NCBI GenBank assembly: GCA_024137785.1
Contig: JAHRHZ010000009.1
Span: 19,345,199 to 19,409,198, forward strand
Origin: Ginglymostoma cirratum
Taxonomy: Eukaryota
DNA length: 64,000 bases
Direction: 5' to 3'
The notes under the pieces are model-generated. The model ran no database searches. It was not told where the DNA came from and saw only the letters and a list, made by a program, of their open reading frames with translations. The stretch's first letter is position 1. Each line of letters opens with the position of its first letter. The position numbers and the translations under genes were made by a program. Of this stretch, positions 50,811 to 63,909 are shown piece after piece.

Positions 50811-53800
50811 TTTTGTTGTTGTTGCTGCCAGAATCAATGGGCTACGTGATCGAACACAACAACCATAGACTCATTCGTGCCATGCTGACTACCAGACAAC
50901 GCAAATGAGCTCAATATTCCTGAGATGCATAGAAAAAACTGTATGTACGCTCAATAATGGATCAATCTTGGTAAATTAAATGTCATCCAGCCAGCTTACC
51001 CATTAGTACTATTGTAGTGCAATGGCAGTGTCCTTAACTCTGAGTCGAAAGGCCTAGGTCCAAGTCCCACTTGCTGTAGAGATGTGTCATAACAGGTCTT
51101 AACAAATTGATTAGAAATAGCTATCCATTATGATGCAAACCCATGCTTTAACTTCTTTTAGATATTGTTTCCTACAGCGAGATAAAAATGTGGTTCAACC
51201 TCAGAAACACTGGAGTACATTTTCTCATTGGCGTTATTTTTATACAAGGTTTAATGGAAAAGGGGTGCTGTTGGGACTAAAGTAAAAGGTGTCAGAAATA
51301 ATTTTTCCCTGGGATGTGTACTTCTGATCTCATTAACTCAAGTATATTTGCAAATACTTGTCAAGGTTGTCTTGTTCTTTTTATGGAGTGAACTTTTGCA
51401 AGATATTCCTAGGAAGGTTTTGGTTAAGTATGACCTTCTAGTTGTTGTATTTCAAATCCCAGAATACAATCCACTCTGCCCTTCAAATGTTCCTTACCAC
51501 TATGCTTACCCCTGTAAGACATACTGTTTTCTGTATTGCACCAGTGATCCCAGAACAGAAAAAGGCCATTCATCCCACTGAATTCAACCCATCTCTCCGT
51601 AGAGTGATCTGTAGTGTAAAGAGTTCATGCAAATATGTAAGTATGATAGGCTACATTATCATTGGGAATTGGTGTATAATCCATGAATATTTAGAGATAG
51701 TTCTCTCCAGCTGCCTTGTGGTGGAAGCAAAGTCTTGTCTGATTGCATAGTTAGTATTTGGCATGTTTGAATAAACTGTACTGTTTGCTAACAACCAAGA
51801 TTCCTGCAATTTTTATCAATCCTTTTCCAAATGTGACCAAACTATCAGCAGATAATCCAGTCTGTCCCATTCCCCCACTTTATTCCTGTAGCCAGTAGGT
51901 TTATTTTGCTGAAGTGCCCATCCCAGTTATTCTTTGAAATCACTGAGCAATTTGACTTCCACTGCCCAAGTAAGGAGCAAGCTCCAGGTCATCACTGCGT
52001 AAAAATCACTGCATCTCTTGCACAAAGTTTTAAATCTGTACCTGGAGGTCCTTGTATCATCTATTAATGGGATACCTACATTTTATCTACCTGATCTAAA
52101 CCTGTCATAACCTTGTCCCCTTTCAGTAAACCTCCCCTCAATCTCCTTTGCTCCAAGAAAAAAAAACTGCTGGTTTATCCAACCTAGCCTTTAGAGCTTG
52201 ACATTATGAAGTCACAGTTTCTGAGTAAATCTCTGAACTCTAAATCTAGATAGGGCTAAAGAAAGAATTGAGTAACATATTGCTTCAAGCTGAATTAAAA
52301 ACTTTACGTAGTGGGACAGACTTATACAAAAGTTAAAAGAAAGGGTGGTACATATCTCCAAACACCAAGAGACAAAGGAAGAGGTTAATGAGGTATTAAA
52401 GGTCTTTAAAAATAAATCATCAAACTTTTGCAGGCTCCTACTGCATTGAATACAAACAAATGTGATGCTTACTCCCAAACATGATAGTAGCACAGACGTA
52501 AGCAAAGAACAAACCATCTATTTTGTATGAATACTGATTAAAATAGAACAAATTAACCAAAAAAGTGTAAAGCTCAGCTACCATTTCAAAAAGACCAAAC
52601 CTCGTTTCACCAGTCATCTGAACTACTTTAAGGAAATTGGCTGTTGACCCTTGTAACAATTATAATGTGGCATCCAAAATACTTTCCACCAATAGTATCC
52701 ATGAGACAGTTTATTTAAGCTTTGAAAGTGAGATTTCAGATACATCCTCAAATGATAAAATCCACACAACAAAGAGATAGTCAAATTATACGATGGTGGA
52801 ATCATAACATGGGAAACCACGCAAAGTCTTTAGATTATTCAGAGAAAATACAAGTGATCCAGGAATCTGAACTGAAGATCGAAAGACACAAGTTTAAATC
52901 CCAGCATGGCAATTGGGGTATTTTAAGACAATGGAGAATTATTAATGATCAATTAGAGAATTACTATTGTAATGTTCTCATTTAATGGCAGAACTGGCTT
53001 AAGGGGTTGAGTGGCCTACTGTTTTTACGATCCTGTGAGATTAAAGCAAACCTTTGGAGTTCCAAATTGACAGAACAGACCTTGGGTGTAAGTGAAGCAG
53101 CAGGGCATGCAGTGAACTGATCTCACAAAGGAAAGTCACTCAGTGAAGTAAATTGGCAGCATTCTGAGCATGTGGGAGTTGCCTGTTGTTAAAAGTGCAT
53201 GGTCTGACAATCTTAAATGAGCAGTCTTAAACTAATAGCCCACTGCTCTTATAACTATTCTGTGGCTCAGAAGAGAAATACATTCTGCATCAAATTCTTA
53301 ATCTTCTTAAGGAGATTCTAAATGGAAAGCAGATAGAAAAATAAATTCTTGTATTTCTATAGCTCCTTTCATGACATTAGGACATCCCAAAATGAATTGC
53401 AGCCATTGAAGTAGGAAAGTAATCTTTGTGAAGAAGTAATGAAGCAATTTTTGAAGATTTTTGGCCTACCCATTAGACTTCTATAGCTTGAATGAGAAAT
53501 GTGAAAGACTTAGCAATGAGCAAATTTGCACAATCGAAAATTTTGATTCAGCAATTTTAAGAGGAATAAACTGCATCTATTTTTCAATGATTTTAAGGCA
53601 ACGAAAGTGATCAAAATTGAAAAAGCTGATGAGTCCTTTCATGGCATTCCTGATTCTACAACTACAATATTCTTCCTCGGCTCAGCTGTCATTTCATCGC
53701 TGTAACCCATAGTAGTGACAGTATGAGCTGAGACTCATAAATTCTTCCCTTATGTTATTTCCACCACCCACTCCATGGATCAGCAGGTGTATGTTACAGT

Positions 53801-53864
53801 ATACTTGAGGAGTCCAGGTTACTATGGCAACATTCAAATGTACACGCATGCTGTAGTCTGGATC

Positions 53865-54078
53865 TATGGCTGGTGATAGTAGAGTCTCAAACGTTCCATC
53901 CCGCTCTTGCTGCCTGCCATTGACTTTGTTGGAAGATTGTGCAGGCTGATAATCAAACTGTTTGCTTGTGTTATGAATGCATCATGCATAACATTGCGCA
54001 TCATTCTTGGAGTGGGACTCAAAACCAGAACTTCTGGCTCAGAGGTAGGGAAATTACACATTGCGCCACAAGACCTCC
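53865..54078 (-). mobile_element. tRNA-derived SINE (old family; relatives near 15290, 36500, 51010)
   Basis: Minus strand GAGGTCTTGTGGCGCAATG..CCCTACCTCTGAGCCAGAAG.TCTGGTTTTGAGTCCCACTCCA..GCATTCATAACA. Confidence 0.55.
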
Positions 54079-54589
54079 TCAAGTGAGCGTGAGAGACACA
54101 GAATTACATATAATGTTCAGCTCTGAAGAAGGGCTAAATAACCCGACTGATCATTGTCAGTGTTTATGCTCTATGTAAGCCTCTTCTCACTCCCTTTCAA
54201 CTCAATTTATCAGCAAAACCTTCTCATACTTTCTCTCTCTTGCTCTTGTCTTGTCCTTAAATAAATCTGTGTTTGTCGTCTCAACTATTTCTCCTGGTAC
54301 ATTATTTCCACAGTTTGTGGTCAATAAATTTCTTCTAAGTTACTTGCTTTATTTCACAATGACTATCTTGTATTTATGGCACCTGGTTTTGTTCTTACCC
54401 AACAGTGAAAAAATCTTATTAAACTCCTTTATAATTTTAACATCTTCTACTGAATTATATCACAGCTCTAAAGAAAAGAGCCCAGTGTGTTCTGTCTTTA
54501 CCACATAGATGTAACTTTAGTCACGAAATTATCTTGTAAGTGTTTTTTTGTCACATGGTTTCCAGTGCCTTTTTATTCTTGTTTGAAAT

Positions 54590-55020
54590 TGAACAATAGA
54601 GCCCCTCAAGTATTGAGTATTTCTATTGGTGTAGCATTAAGATGATACAACTTACTGTGTGGAATCATTGGAATATCTCTATTGGATGCATATCACCCCA
54701 CTAGCTTTTGTTTCCCCAACTCCACATTACTTTTCTGAATGCAAGCTTGAGAAACAGAATTTTAAACTTTTCTCCTGGCATTCAAAGCCTTCCGAACTCA
54801 ACATTGAGGTCAATAACTTTAGATCATAAATAACCCTGCCATTATCTTGATCAATATGTTTTCTTTCTTGTGTATTTTTACTGGGTTGTTTCTTTTTCTA
54901 CTTCAGCATGATGCATTCAGATGATTTTTATGTAGCTGTTCATGCGTTTCCTGGACATAACACGTTGTTTTTCCTGTACACATTACCCCTGCTTTTTGTA
55001 TCAGGAAATTTGATGCCAGT
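54590..55020 (+). repeat. Ancient PLE endonuclease C-terminal fragment, copy 1
   Basis: Aligns with 58851-59300. AATGCAAGCTTGAGAAACAG..ACTCAACATTGAGGTCAATAACTTTAGA matches the KLEEQHLIF..GLNIEFNNFR end of the PLE at 330-415. Confidence 0.7.
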
Positions 55021-56959
55021 CAATTTTTTTTGACGTTCACATTGTTACAGCACTAACTATAGCTTTAATCCCCTTCGTAAACTCTCCTTCATACACACAA
55101 AAAATTGAATAGGGAAACTAGATTATTGGCAAAGGTGAAAAAACTGGTAAGTCAGTTCAGTGGTCTTTTGCTTCCTTAGGAAATATTAACATTTATTTAA
55201 AGTGCTCCTTGATTTTGTTTCACATTAAATCCCTTTTTCACAGGTCTTTTATACCTTCCACTAGTTGGGTTAAATCCAATGTAGAGATGATCCATCTTCA
55301 GCTGGCCAGACCCTTGGTGTTCAGGTGCATCTATTTCTGGAAGCTTCCACTGGCTTGAAAGAAGTATAGAATTGCTGATTCATTTGAAAAAGTGTCATTG
55401 ATTTATCAATTTAGAAGTCACATATTTCAGGAGCTGCGATAGAAAAAGTTATTGATTTTCATCAGGTTTTAATTGAGTATAACTGCAGAGAACAGGCAGC
55501 CACTGAGCTGGAAGAAGATCTGCACACTTTTTTTCTCTCTCACTCTTTGTGTCATTGCAACATTTCCAGCTCCAAGCTGCTCAACCAGCTGAGAACCAAT
55601 CAAATTGATGTTAGCAAGCAAAAGTTCTCCGTCATCGATAACTGTAACTATTCCATAGACCAATCAACTTCTTGTTGCCAACAAGAGATTCACCAGTATA
55701 CGAATTCAGCTCTAGATTGTTTTCAATCTCAACTTTAATTGCTGTTTGTTCAAACAATTGTTTCCATATTGCCTGCCATGGGTAATAGGTTAATTTCTTT
55801 TGAGAGCTCCAGACACGCTTTAAATTACTGGTTTACAAAGCACTTCTTTCTCATTTCAGTCCTCAGATTGCAAAAAAACACAAAAATACAAAGACACGGT
55901 TCTTACATTTTCTCCTCCTACGGCACTACAGTAGATGTCAAGTATAGCATGCCCACATATTCCAGCATGTCAGTGCGAAGAATTCCACCAGGATTCTGTT
56001 TTGCATTGCAAATTATATCCCAAAATGAGGAAAATGGGTTTGGTCGACAGTAAGGTCCCTAATCCTTACAAGGAAAATCGAGGACAATAGGTTTTCAATG
56101 CCATCATATTTGCACATAAACTATACTGACAGATATTTTTGGTGAGATTTACAAGTTGATTTTGTAAGATGTCACAAGCTAAGATATTGTCAGCTCTCCT
56201 ATAGATGTATATGAGTCAGTAACCATGATTGGGACTGGAGCTGCTTAAGCAGTCACACTGCCTGATATCACTTTGTTTACTATCCACTTCTTCCAAACAT
56301 ATAGGATGGTGCAATTCCCATGAAGAAACTTGTTGGAACCAGAAAGAGGGCTCAGGGAACCAAACTGCCAGTAAAAAGTAAGTGAAAAAATAAAGCCATT
56401 ATCAAATCATTACAACAGATTAAACTTTATGCTACTTAAGAAAGACTTTCACTTCTACAGCACTTCTCACAACCTCAGGATGTCCTAAACTACTTTACAG
56501 CCAATTGAATAGTTTTCTGATTTATCCTCAGTGCTGTAATCTGGGAAACATGGCAGTCAATCAACATGAGACTGATAACAACCTAATTATTTGGTTTTTT
56601 TTGAGTCACATTAGTTGAGGGATATCAATATTATCCAGTTTGCAGCATTGTTTAAAGTAAAATTTGATCCAAGGAGTGGAAGATATAAAAGACTAGTGAA
56701 AAAGGGATCTGATGTGAAATAAACTCAAGGAACACTAAATAAATGCTAATATTTCCTATTTTGGGATGTTTAATATACTGAGTCAGCTCATAAATACTTT
56801 ATCAGGGTGCCAAATTTCTGACAAAAATATGAGTATGTTTAATTATGTGTCTAAAATAGTCATACAAACCTGTTTCATTCCTGACAGAATTAACACAATT
56901 TCTCTCACAGGATGTTTACAATTGAACCGAATTTACAGACATTGACGGGGAATTAAAAA

Positions 56960-57175
56960 AGGTAAAGTCACCATAATCTTGCCAGACCTTAGGGCTACTC
57001 TCCCATTAGAGAGAGACAACGAGCACATGTTAACCTGAGGGTGACCACACCTTGGGCTAGGAGAGAGGTTGAGAAGGAGAGTCCCTCATGTTAACCTCAG
57101 TCAGTACAGGAATTGAACTGATACCATTGGTATCACACTGCATTGCAAACCAGCTCTCTCGTCATTGACCTAAAC
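56960..57175 (-). mobile_element. tRNA-derived SINE (another old family)
   Basis: AAAGTCACCATA.TC..CAGACC.TAGGGCT.CTCTC..AGGAATTGAAC (reverse B box)..CACTGCATTGCAAACCAGC. Confidence 0.5.
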
Positions 57176-58157
57176 AATACCATAGGGAATTAAAGCATAA
57201 GGCTATTACAGTTATTTCCATTTATGCAATGTCCTAATTAATGGTTTTGATTGCTTGTAATTGGATTATAAAACATTATATAACATGGAGTTTCTGCTCA
57301 GTTATGTTTTATCTTCAATGCAAGCCAGCCAAAATAGAGCAAAGGAGAGCAAAAGATTGGATAATTTCAAGCTCACATATGTGCAATACAAATCCAGTTT
57401 CCCTAATTTTTAGCAGTTTTTTTTAACGGAACATTGCAATAGCTACCAATTCCACCCACTAAACTGACCTAACCCCTGATTTAATTAATTGCCCTGGTGC
57501 ATTTCCACTCCTTGTAGTCATTCGTAGGCATCCAAATGGGCTCCAAAAATTGAGCTTTTGAGTAGGTGCAAGGATGCCAACACAATACTTGAAAATCTTT
57601 TGAGTAATGTTAAATTTGATAAGAATGTTACCTTTGTCTTCTCATGCCTAGTGGTATATGAAGCAGAGCAACGTCATGCTTATGTCTGTTTCTGTTACTT
57701 GAATTTCATGGACCAGGTCACCAGCTTGAGGCTGCAGCTTTTGCTGGGTTGGGGGTACAGATACTTACCAGGAAACCTTCCCACGCTTTCCACCTTCATG
57801 GCCTTCTTCCATGGTCATCAAGTCAAGGAGTGGGCCTCAAACCTGCTAAGAGACAATGACAGTAATAACTGCACCATAAGACCTCCATAGAACCTAACTA
57901 CCGTGCTCCAATATAACGTTTAAACGGCTTAGTATAATGTTATTTTCAATTATTTAAAATTACTAACAGACACCAGTTAAAATATTTATTTCTATGAATT
58001 CATTATTAGCTGCATTAATGAAACCACAGCAACTTACCACAAATATATCAATGAATACTTTTAAATCAAACATTTGTCAAAAAAAAAACATTCTAATAGC
58101 TTCCTGATGGTGCCAGTTCAAGACAAACCTTATGGTTGGCAGAATGAAAATTATATC

Positions 58158-58336
58158 AGAGATAAAAGGTACTGCAGATGCTGGAGAATCCGAGATAACA
58201 AGGTGTAGGGCTGGATGATCACAGCAGGTCAAGCAGCATCATAGGAGCAGGAAAACTTGACGTTTCGGGCCTAAACCCTTCATCAGAAATGGGGGAGGGG
58301 AAGAGGGTTCTGAAATAAATAGGGAGAGAGGGGGAG
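58158..58336 (-). mobile_element. Young PLE family A 3' end with tail
   Basis: Near-identical reverse complement of 84-220 plus the tail AGAGATAAAAGGTACTGCAGATGCTGGAGAATCCG. Confidence 0.85.
58255..58290 (-). ncRNA. Minimal hammerhead ribozyme motif, intact core
   Basis: Minus strand ATTTCTGATGAAGGGTTTAGGCCCGAAACGTCAAGT, identical to 124-159. Confidence 0.75.
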
Positions 58337-58850
58337 TTGTTGAGGAGCAGTTGTGATAAATAAAGAAGAAAATTCCCAAAGCTAGAGTAAACCTGGAAGT
58401 AAACTACTTATGGATTGTCAATTGTTCCAGACAGCTGGAACTCCTTCCCTTGCACCAGAATACATGAGTTTGACAAGGCAAATAGACACATTCATTTTAA
58501 CACACAGTCCTAGACAATGGGTTATATAAACTAAAAATAGTTACATTGATAGGCTGTGTTACAAAAGTATTACCCTTCTCTTGAGACACAAGTATGTGTA
58601 AAGTTGTCAACCTCGTTTTGTATGTCCTTGTTAGATGCTGAACCAGGGTTAGTAATAAATGATTGAGCGTGTTAATACAGAAATTTAAAAGTAAATTCCA
58701 AATAAAACTAATAACCAAAAGGTCGAAAATTTGAATTTGTAAAGGTAAGTTATTAGAATTCTGATAAAGACTGTATCAAATGCACTGATATTTAAGATTA
58801 GAATAATTCAATATTATATAATTATTAGAAAACACTGGAACACTAATACT

Positions 58851-59480
58851 TGAACATTAGCGCCTATGAAGTTTTGAGTAGTTTTGTTGTATACGATTAA
58901 GATGATACAATTTACTATGAGGAATCATAGAGGAAATAAGGAATATCTCTATTGGATGCAGTCCTGTATCACCTCACTAGCTTTCTTTTTCCCAAATCCA
59001 CATTCCTTTGTTCAATGCAAGCTCGAAAAACAGAGTTTCCAACTTTCATCATGGCATTCTAGAGCGTTCTGGACTCAATGTTTAGGTCAATAACTTTAGA
59101 TCGTAAATTCTGCCACTATCTTGATCAATATGCTTTCTTTCTTGGTGCATATTATTATTAGCTTGTTTCTTTCTTCTGCATGGTACATTCAAATGATTTG
59201 TATGTAGCCATTTATGCATGTTCTGGACACAACCTTTGTTTCTTTATTATATCTATTACCGCGCTTTTTAGCTTTACCATCATGAAATTTGTTAGCCAAT
59301 CTCTCCTGTCCTCCATGCTGTCACAGTGCTACCCTCCTGTTTTTTGTGGGTCCTATTGACTTAAAATTTCTTTCATTTCAGATCTGATGAAATGTCATTG
59401 CAATCTGAAAATTTAACTCTGCTTCTCCCTCCACTGATGCTGCCTGACTTGCTGAGTATACCCAGACTGTTTTGTTTGAA
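58851..59480 (+). mobile_element. Ancient PLE 3' part, copy 2, with decayed hammerhead
   Basis: QCKLEKQ..GLNV*VNNFR, then CTGATGAAATGTCATTGCAATCTGAAAATTT and GATGCTGCCTGACTTGCTGAGTA. Confidence 0.7.
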
Positions 59481-61377
59481 TTGCAAACTCCTGCTAACAT
59501 GTCCATCCTCTTGGCAGCCAGTCTGCCCTGTCAACTGGATAATGAATAGACCCCTTGGGTAGAATTTTCATGTGGAATCTCTGAACCCCACTGTCAGAAT
59601 CAGGCGGGGTCAGAAACTAACCATGTGAAGAATGATTGGCCTTAAAAATTAAGTCCAGCGGAGGGATCTCCCAGGAAGGACCGCTACTGTGAAAGCAGCT
59701 GCAGGGTACCAAAGCAGGTAAGTGAGAGTGCCTCAAAACAGAGGCCTTTTGTCTCCAATTTATGTGACGTAGTTTATTTTTTAAAATGTGGTCTCATAAC
59801 CACAGTTGAGGGAGAGGTAGGGCAGAAGGAGCGTGTAGCGGGGGTAGATCCTTGACAGAGTTGCTTTAGAGTGCCTGCTAAATCCAGGCAGTCAAGAAGG
59901 CTCTCTAGGTTTGACAGGAGGCCTGGCCCCTGATCTATTACCACAAAGCCATCTCCAGACAACTAAATTCCCACAGCTGCTGTCTCCAGTGTTAGGGAAG
60001 ACAGCTGGATAATCCCATATTACCTCCAATAACAGACAATAATAGGCCCTTAGCCCAACCAATTGATCACACAGTGCTTACCTGCCTCCAGGGTAATGAT
60101 GTGGGCCAGAATGGATCCAGGAATTCACGAGCCAACTGTGAAATTCTGTGCCCACCTGCCCGCCCATCTACTCTCATCCCTCATTATCTAATTGGATATT
60201 TCCTAACTATGGTTTAAATTTTCAACCCAGAGACAGAAAAGAATCGAGGATGCTGCCAGGTGTAGATGCAGGCGGAAGGAAAGTCCTACACAGGCATCTA
60301 GCACTTGTCCCCAAAGTTTAAAAGTAAAGAACAAACCATAAAGCAACACTCCAGCCCTCGCCTCTAAGTCCCTCACATCACCACACTGTCCCATGCTCCA
60401 TCAGTGCTAACACATGTCACCTCATGCTCCAAACCCCCTGCCCCCTGCCCACACTTGTGAGGTTCCTTGGAAGGTTTAATCATGTTGAAGATGCAATATG
60501 ATTATTAGCTTTTTCTGTAACGATGCAGAGACATTCAACCTCGTTTAATGTTCAGTGATGGGTTTGTTGAAGTGACCGCATTCTCACTCATGAAGTACGC
60601 ATTAAGAATTTGATCCCTCATTCCAGATAGCTCCAGCTCGAAGTCCTGGATTAGCACTTAATGAGACGCTGGTGTCTGCCAGGCTGTGGGAGCCTATACA
60701 TCCCACTCCAGCTATTTATACAGAAATGATTGAAGCTGTACAAAGAATCTTCACTCCATACATTTTCATTGCATATACACACACACATACTAGTAATTGG
60801 CATGCAAATTTCTCCATTACTAAGGTAGGAGCTTGTAAGTACAAATAAAGTCAGCAGTAAGTGGTGGAATTGAATGGAGCCTATGGATGTGGCCATGCTG
60901 TCAGGGGCAGTCAGGTGGGATAGGACAAATGTACATGTGTCTGATCCTCGCCAGAAAGAAACTGTCCTTTACTTAATTGGAGGCAAAAGGACCTGACATG
61001 GACATCCTACATACTGACAGTGGGATATATGTTAGACAAATGAATGAAGGACTTTAGACGATTATCTCTGATCTAGTGTGGTCTCAGGAATTTATTGGAA
61101 TTCTCATGGGCCTTCTGCCCCTTTGGAAGCTGTTCAGCCAAACTCCTCAGGTTCGTCTGCATCCTTGTACTGAGTGGGAGTCCCTTGCTATCAGGCACTC
61201 AGTGCCCAATTGAAGGGCAAGATATCAGAATGGGGAGATGGGGATAAGATTGAAAGTCACCTCTCTGCCCTTGTATCTGACCCCACTCCTCTGTGGCAAC
61301 TCTCCGCCCACAAACTCAGCCAACTGACCTCTCTCCAGGGATCTAGTGACAATTCCTGGTGAAGGTCACACTGTAAT

Positions 61378-61690
61378 CATAGAAACTTTACACTGCAGAA
61401 GTGGTCATTTGGCTCATCAACCTGCACTGATCCTCCAAACAGCATCCCACTCAGACATGTCTCCCCACCTTATGCCCTTAACCCTGCATTTCCCATGGTT
61501 AATCCATCTATCCTGCACATCTCTGGACACTATGGGTAATTTAGCATGGCCAATCCAGCTAATCTGTACATCTTCGGACTGTTGGAGGAAGTCAGAGTGC
61601 CTGGAGGAAACCCATACAGACACAGGGGAATTGTAGTCAGGTCCCTGGTGATGTGAGACAGCTGTGCCAACCACTGAGCTACTGTACCAT
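61378..61690 (-). mobile_element. HE1-type V-SINE (older, internally deleted)
   Basis: AATTTAGCATGGCCAATCCA..CATCTTCGGACTGT.GGAGGAA..GGAGGAAACCCA.ACAGACAC..AACCACTGAGC. Confidence 0.85.
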
Positions 61691-62656
61691 CCTATAATAA
61701 CAGCAGCAGCCACCCCTACCTTCACCAGTCTTGCTGGTAATGGAGAGCCGCCAGCCTCCTTGATTTGCAGCAGTTTTCCGTGGTGGGCCTGACCAGGGCC
61801 TAGATCAAGTGGTAAACACAATGCTATCCATTACCTGCATGATTGCTTTAGAGCAGTATTCACCCTTCGACTTATTTGTGATCAAAGCAGTAAGCAAACA
61901 TGAACAGCAAAATCATACAAAAGGGAAATCCCCCCATTCTGATTTACTCAATGCAAATGAGGTAAAAGCCAGAGATCACTGTTTTAAAGTTTGTGCCTTC
62001 CATTCATGTTCAAAATTTTTTTTTTACAGGATTAATTTAACTGATTGCGATCATTGTAAATCAGTGCCCAAGTATAATTCTTTTCTCCAGCACTGGTTTC
62101 ATGTTTGAGGGTAACATTTTGCTTCAAATCTGTCTGGACGTCTTGAATGAGGAAATGGCAAAACTATCATAATCTTTTCTTTAAACAGAAGCCATTGCCT
62201 CATGAATTATGGGTGAGCCTTCCAAAACTTCTTTTTCCCTCTGTATTTTTATTTGCTCTCTGAATTCATTCAATGTGAAAGCCTGAATGCCAATGATGCA
62301 ACTATGGAACTGTTTGCCATGGGAATGAGACATCAGCATTGCTGTAAATTAAATGGCAAGAAGACTGAATTATTCTGGATGACTGCTTGGCTAATAATTT
62401 TTTTTCCTGAAAATGTCTGCCTGATCATTACTTCACCTAATGCCTTCAGTGATTTCATCACATCTTATTGGTTGAAGTATACATGTTGAACAGGACTCTG
62501 GGGATAACTTCCTGTTTTTATTCAATCTCGTGCCATCAGATTATTTTAACCATGTGAAAGAACAAACCAAGTCTGAAAGACAATATCTCTAGTAGTGCAA
62601 CAGACTGAGTGCCAGCACTGATTGTATGTTCAAGTCTTGGAAGTGGGCCTTAAAGT

Positions 62657-62855
62657 CATCGAGTCGTAGAGTTGTGCAGCACAGAAACAGACCTTTCGGT
62701 CCAATTCATCCATGCTGACCAGATATCCTAAATTAATCTAGTCCCATTTTCAAGCATTTGGCCCATGTCTCTTGAAAGACTTCCTATTTGTGTCTCCAAA
62801 CAGATGCCTTTTAAATGTTGTAATTGTACCAACCTCCACTACCTCCTCTGGCAGA
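62657..62855 (-). mobile_element. CR1 (HER1-like) 3' end
   Basis: GAGTCGTAGAG.TGTGCAGCACAGAAACAGACCTTTCGGTCCAA.TC.TCCATGCTGACC, reverse complement of 6760-6943. Confidence 0.8.
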
Positions 62856-63760
62856 TGAGTCTTAAAAACAAACACTTAGCTGATCAATGGAAAACTGACA
62901 TTCCCAGCTATGAGTAGCTCCAAAAATGAGGTATCTCCAAGGTCATCTATGAAATTTCACTGTCTGCTTGTTTTTTCTTGGGATGAACTCTGATTTCCAG
63001 AGATGTTTATACTTTCACAGACGGTCAGTGGTGAAAGTTCACAGTTAGTTTTGTTTTAGATGAACTCTAGAGCCATTCTCAGACTTCCCGTACGGTCTCT
63101 CCCGAAATTCCTGCTCTCTCTCTTTCCTTCTATTTGGAATATGGTTTTTTAATTTGTTTTAAAGTTCCAAAAACAGAGCAAAATCTTATAAAAAAACAGT
63201 AATTACTGCTCCAAGAAACCTAGAAAATCACCTCCAGCACTGGGGAAAAAAGGAGCAGCTCTTACATCCACAGTTCTCTCCTATCCATAATTTTGGAAGG
63301 TCTTTGGGTGGAATTTTTTTTTCTTGAAATGAAGAGTGGTGTAGTACAAAAGTGAGGGGTTGTGGACACAGGTTGTCCTGAGCAGTTATGTTCTCAATGT
63401 AAATACATTCAATGGTAAAACACTCATTTTTGTGACCAGCAAGTTCTGAAGCCCATCTGTACGTCCCAGGCTTAAACATCAGGACAGCATTTCACCTCTG
63501 CAACCCAGTGGCATCACTCAATTTCAGCTCATCATCCCCACTCACACGTGGACGTGTCAGCGATTAGACAAAAGCAGCACAACACTTTCGTGATGCATCA
63601 GTAGAGGTTCTCCTGAAGGCTGTCCAGGAAGGAAAGCAAGTTCTTTTTTGTGTGGGTGACAACAAGGAACCATCTTGTTTCCTGACAAAGAAGCATGGAC
63701 ACAAGTAACTGGTGAGGTCAGTGCTTACGGGTGGCTTAACAGAACATGGTATAAAGACTG

Positions 63761-63909
63761 AGATAACAAGGTGTAGAGCTTTCTGAAGAAGGGTCCAGAC
63801 CCGAAACGTCAGCTTTCCTGCTCCTCTGATGCTGCCTGGCCTGCTGTGTTCATCCAGCTCTACACCTTGTTATCTCAAATTCTCCAGCATCAGCAGTTCC
63901 TACTATCTC
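63761..63909. mobile_element. About 150-bp PLE family A mini-insertion with 15-bp TSD
   Basis: TGGTATAAAGACTGA at 63747-63761 and 63910-63924. A 20-bp inverted stub AGATAACAAGGTGTAGAGCT precedes a full plus arm with tail. Confidence 0.88.
63781..63812 (+). ncRNA. Minimal hammerhead motif, intact core
   Basis: CTGAAGA 63783-63789, A, stem II GGGT-CCAG-ACCC, GAAAC 63803-63807, GTC. Stem I is weak (about 2 bp). Confidence 0.65.

Noticed and set aside
59557-60153. MITE with GGG..GAATTTTCA terminal inverted repeats
   Set aside because: The TIR match is weak and gapped, with no TSD; it needs multi-copy evidence.
62030-62110. Possible exon after TTTTTTTTTACAG ending at GG/GTAAC
   Set aside because: The only open frame stops before the donor, and the peptide is not recognisable.
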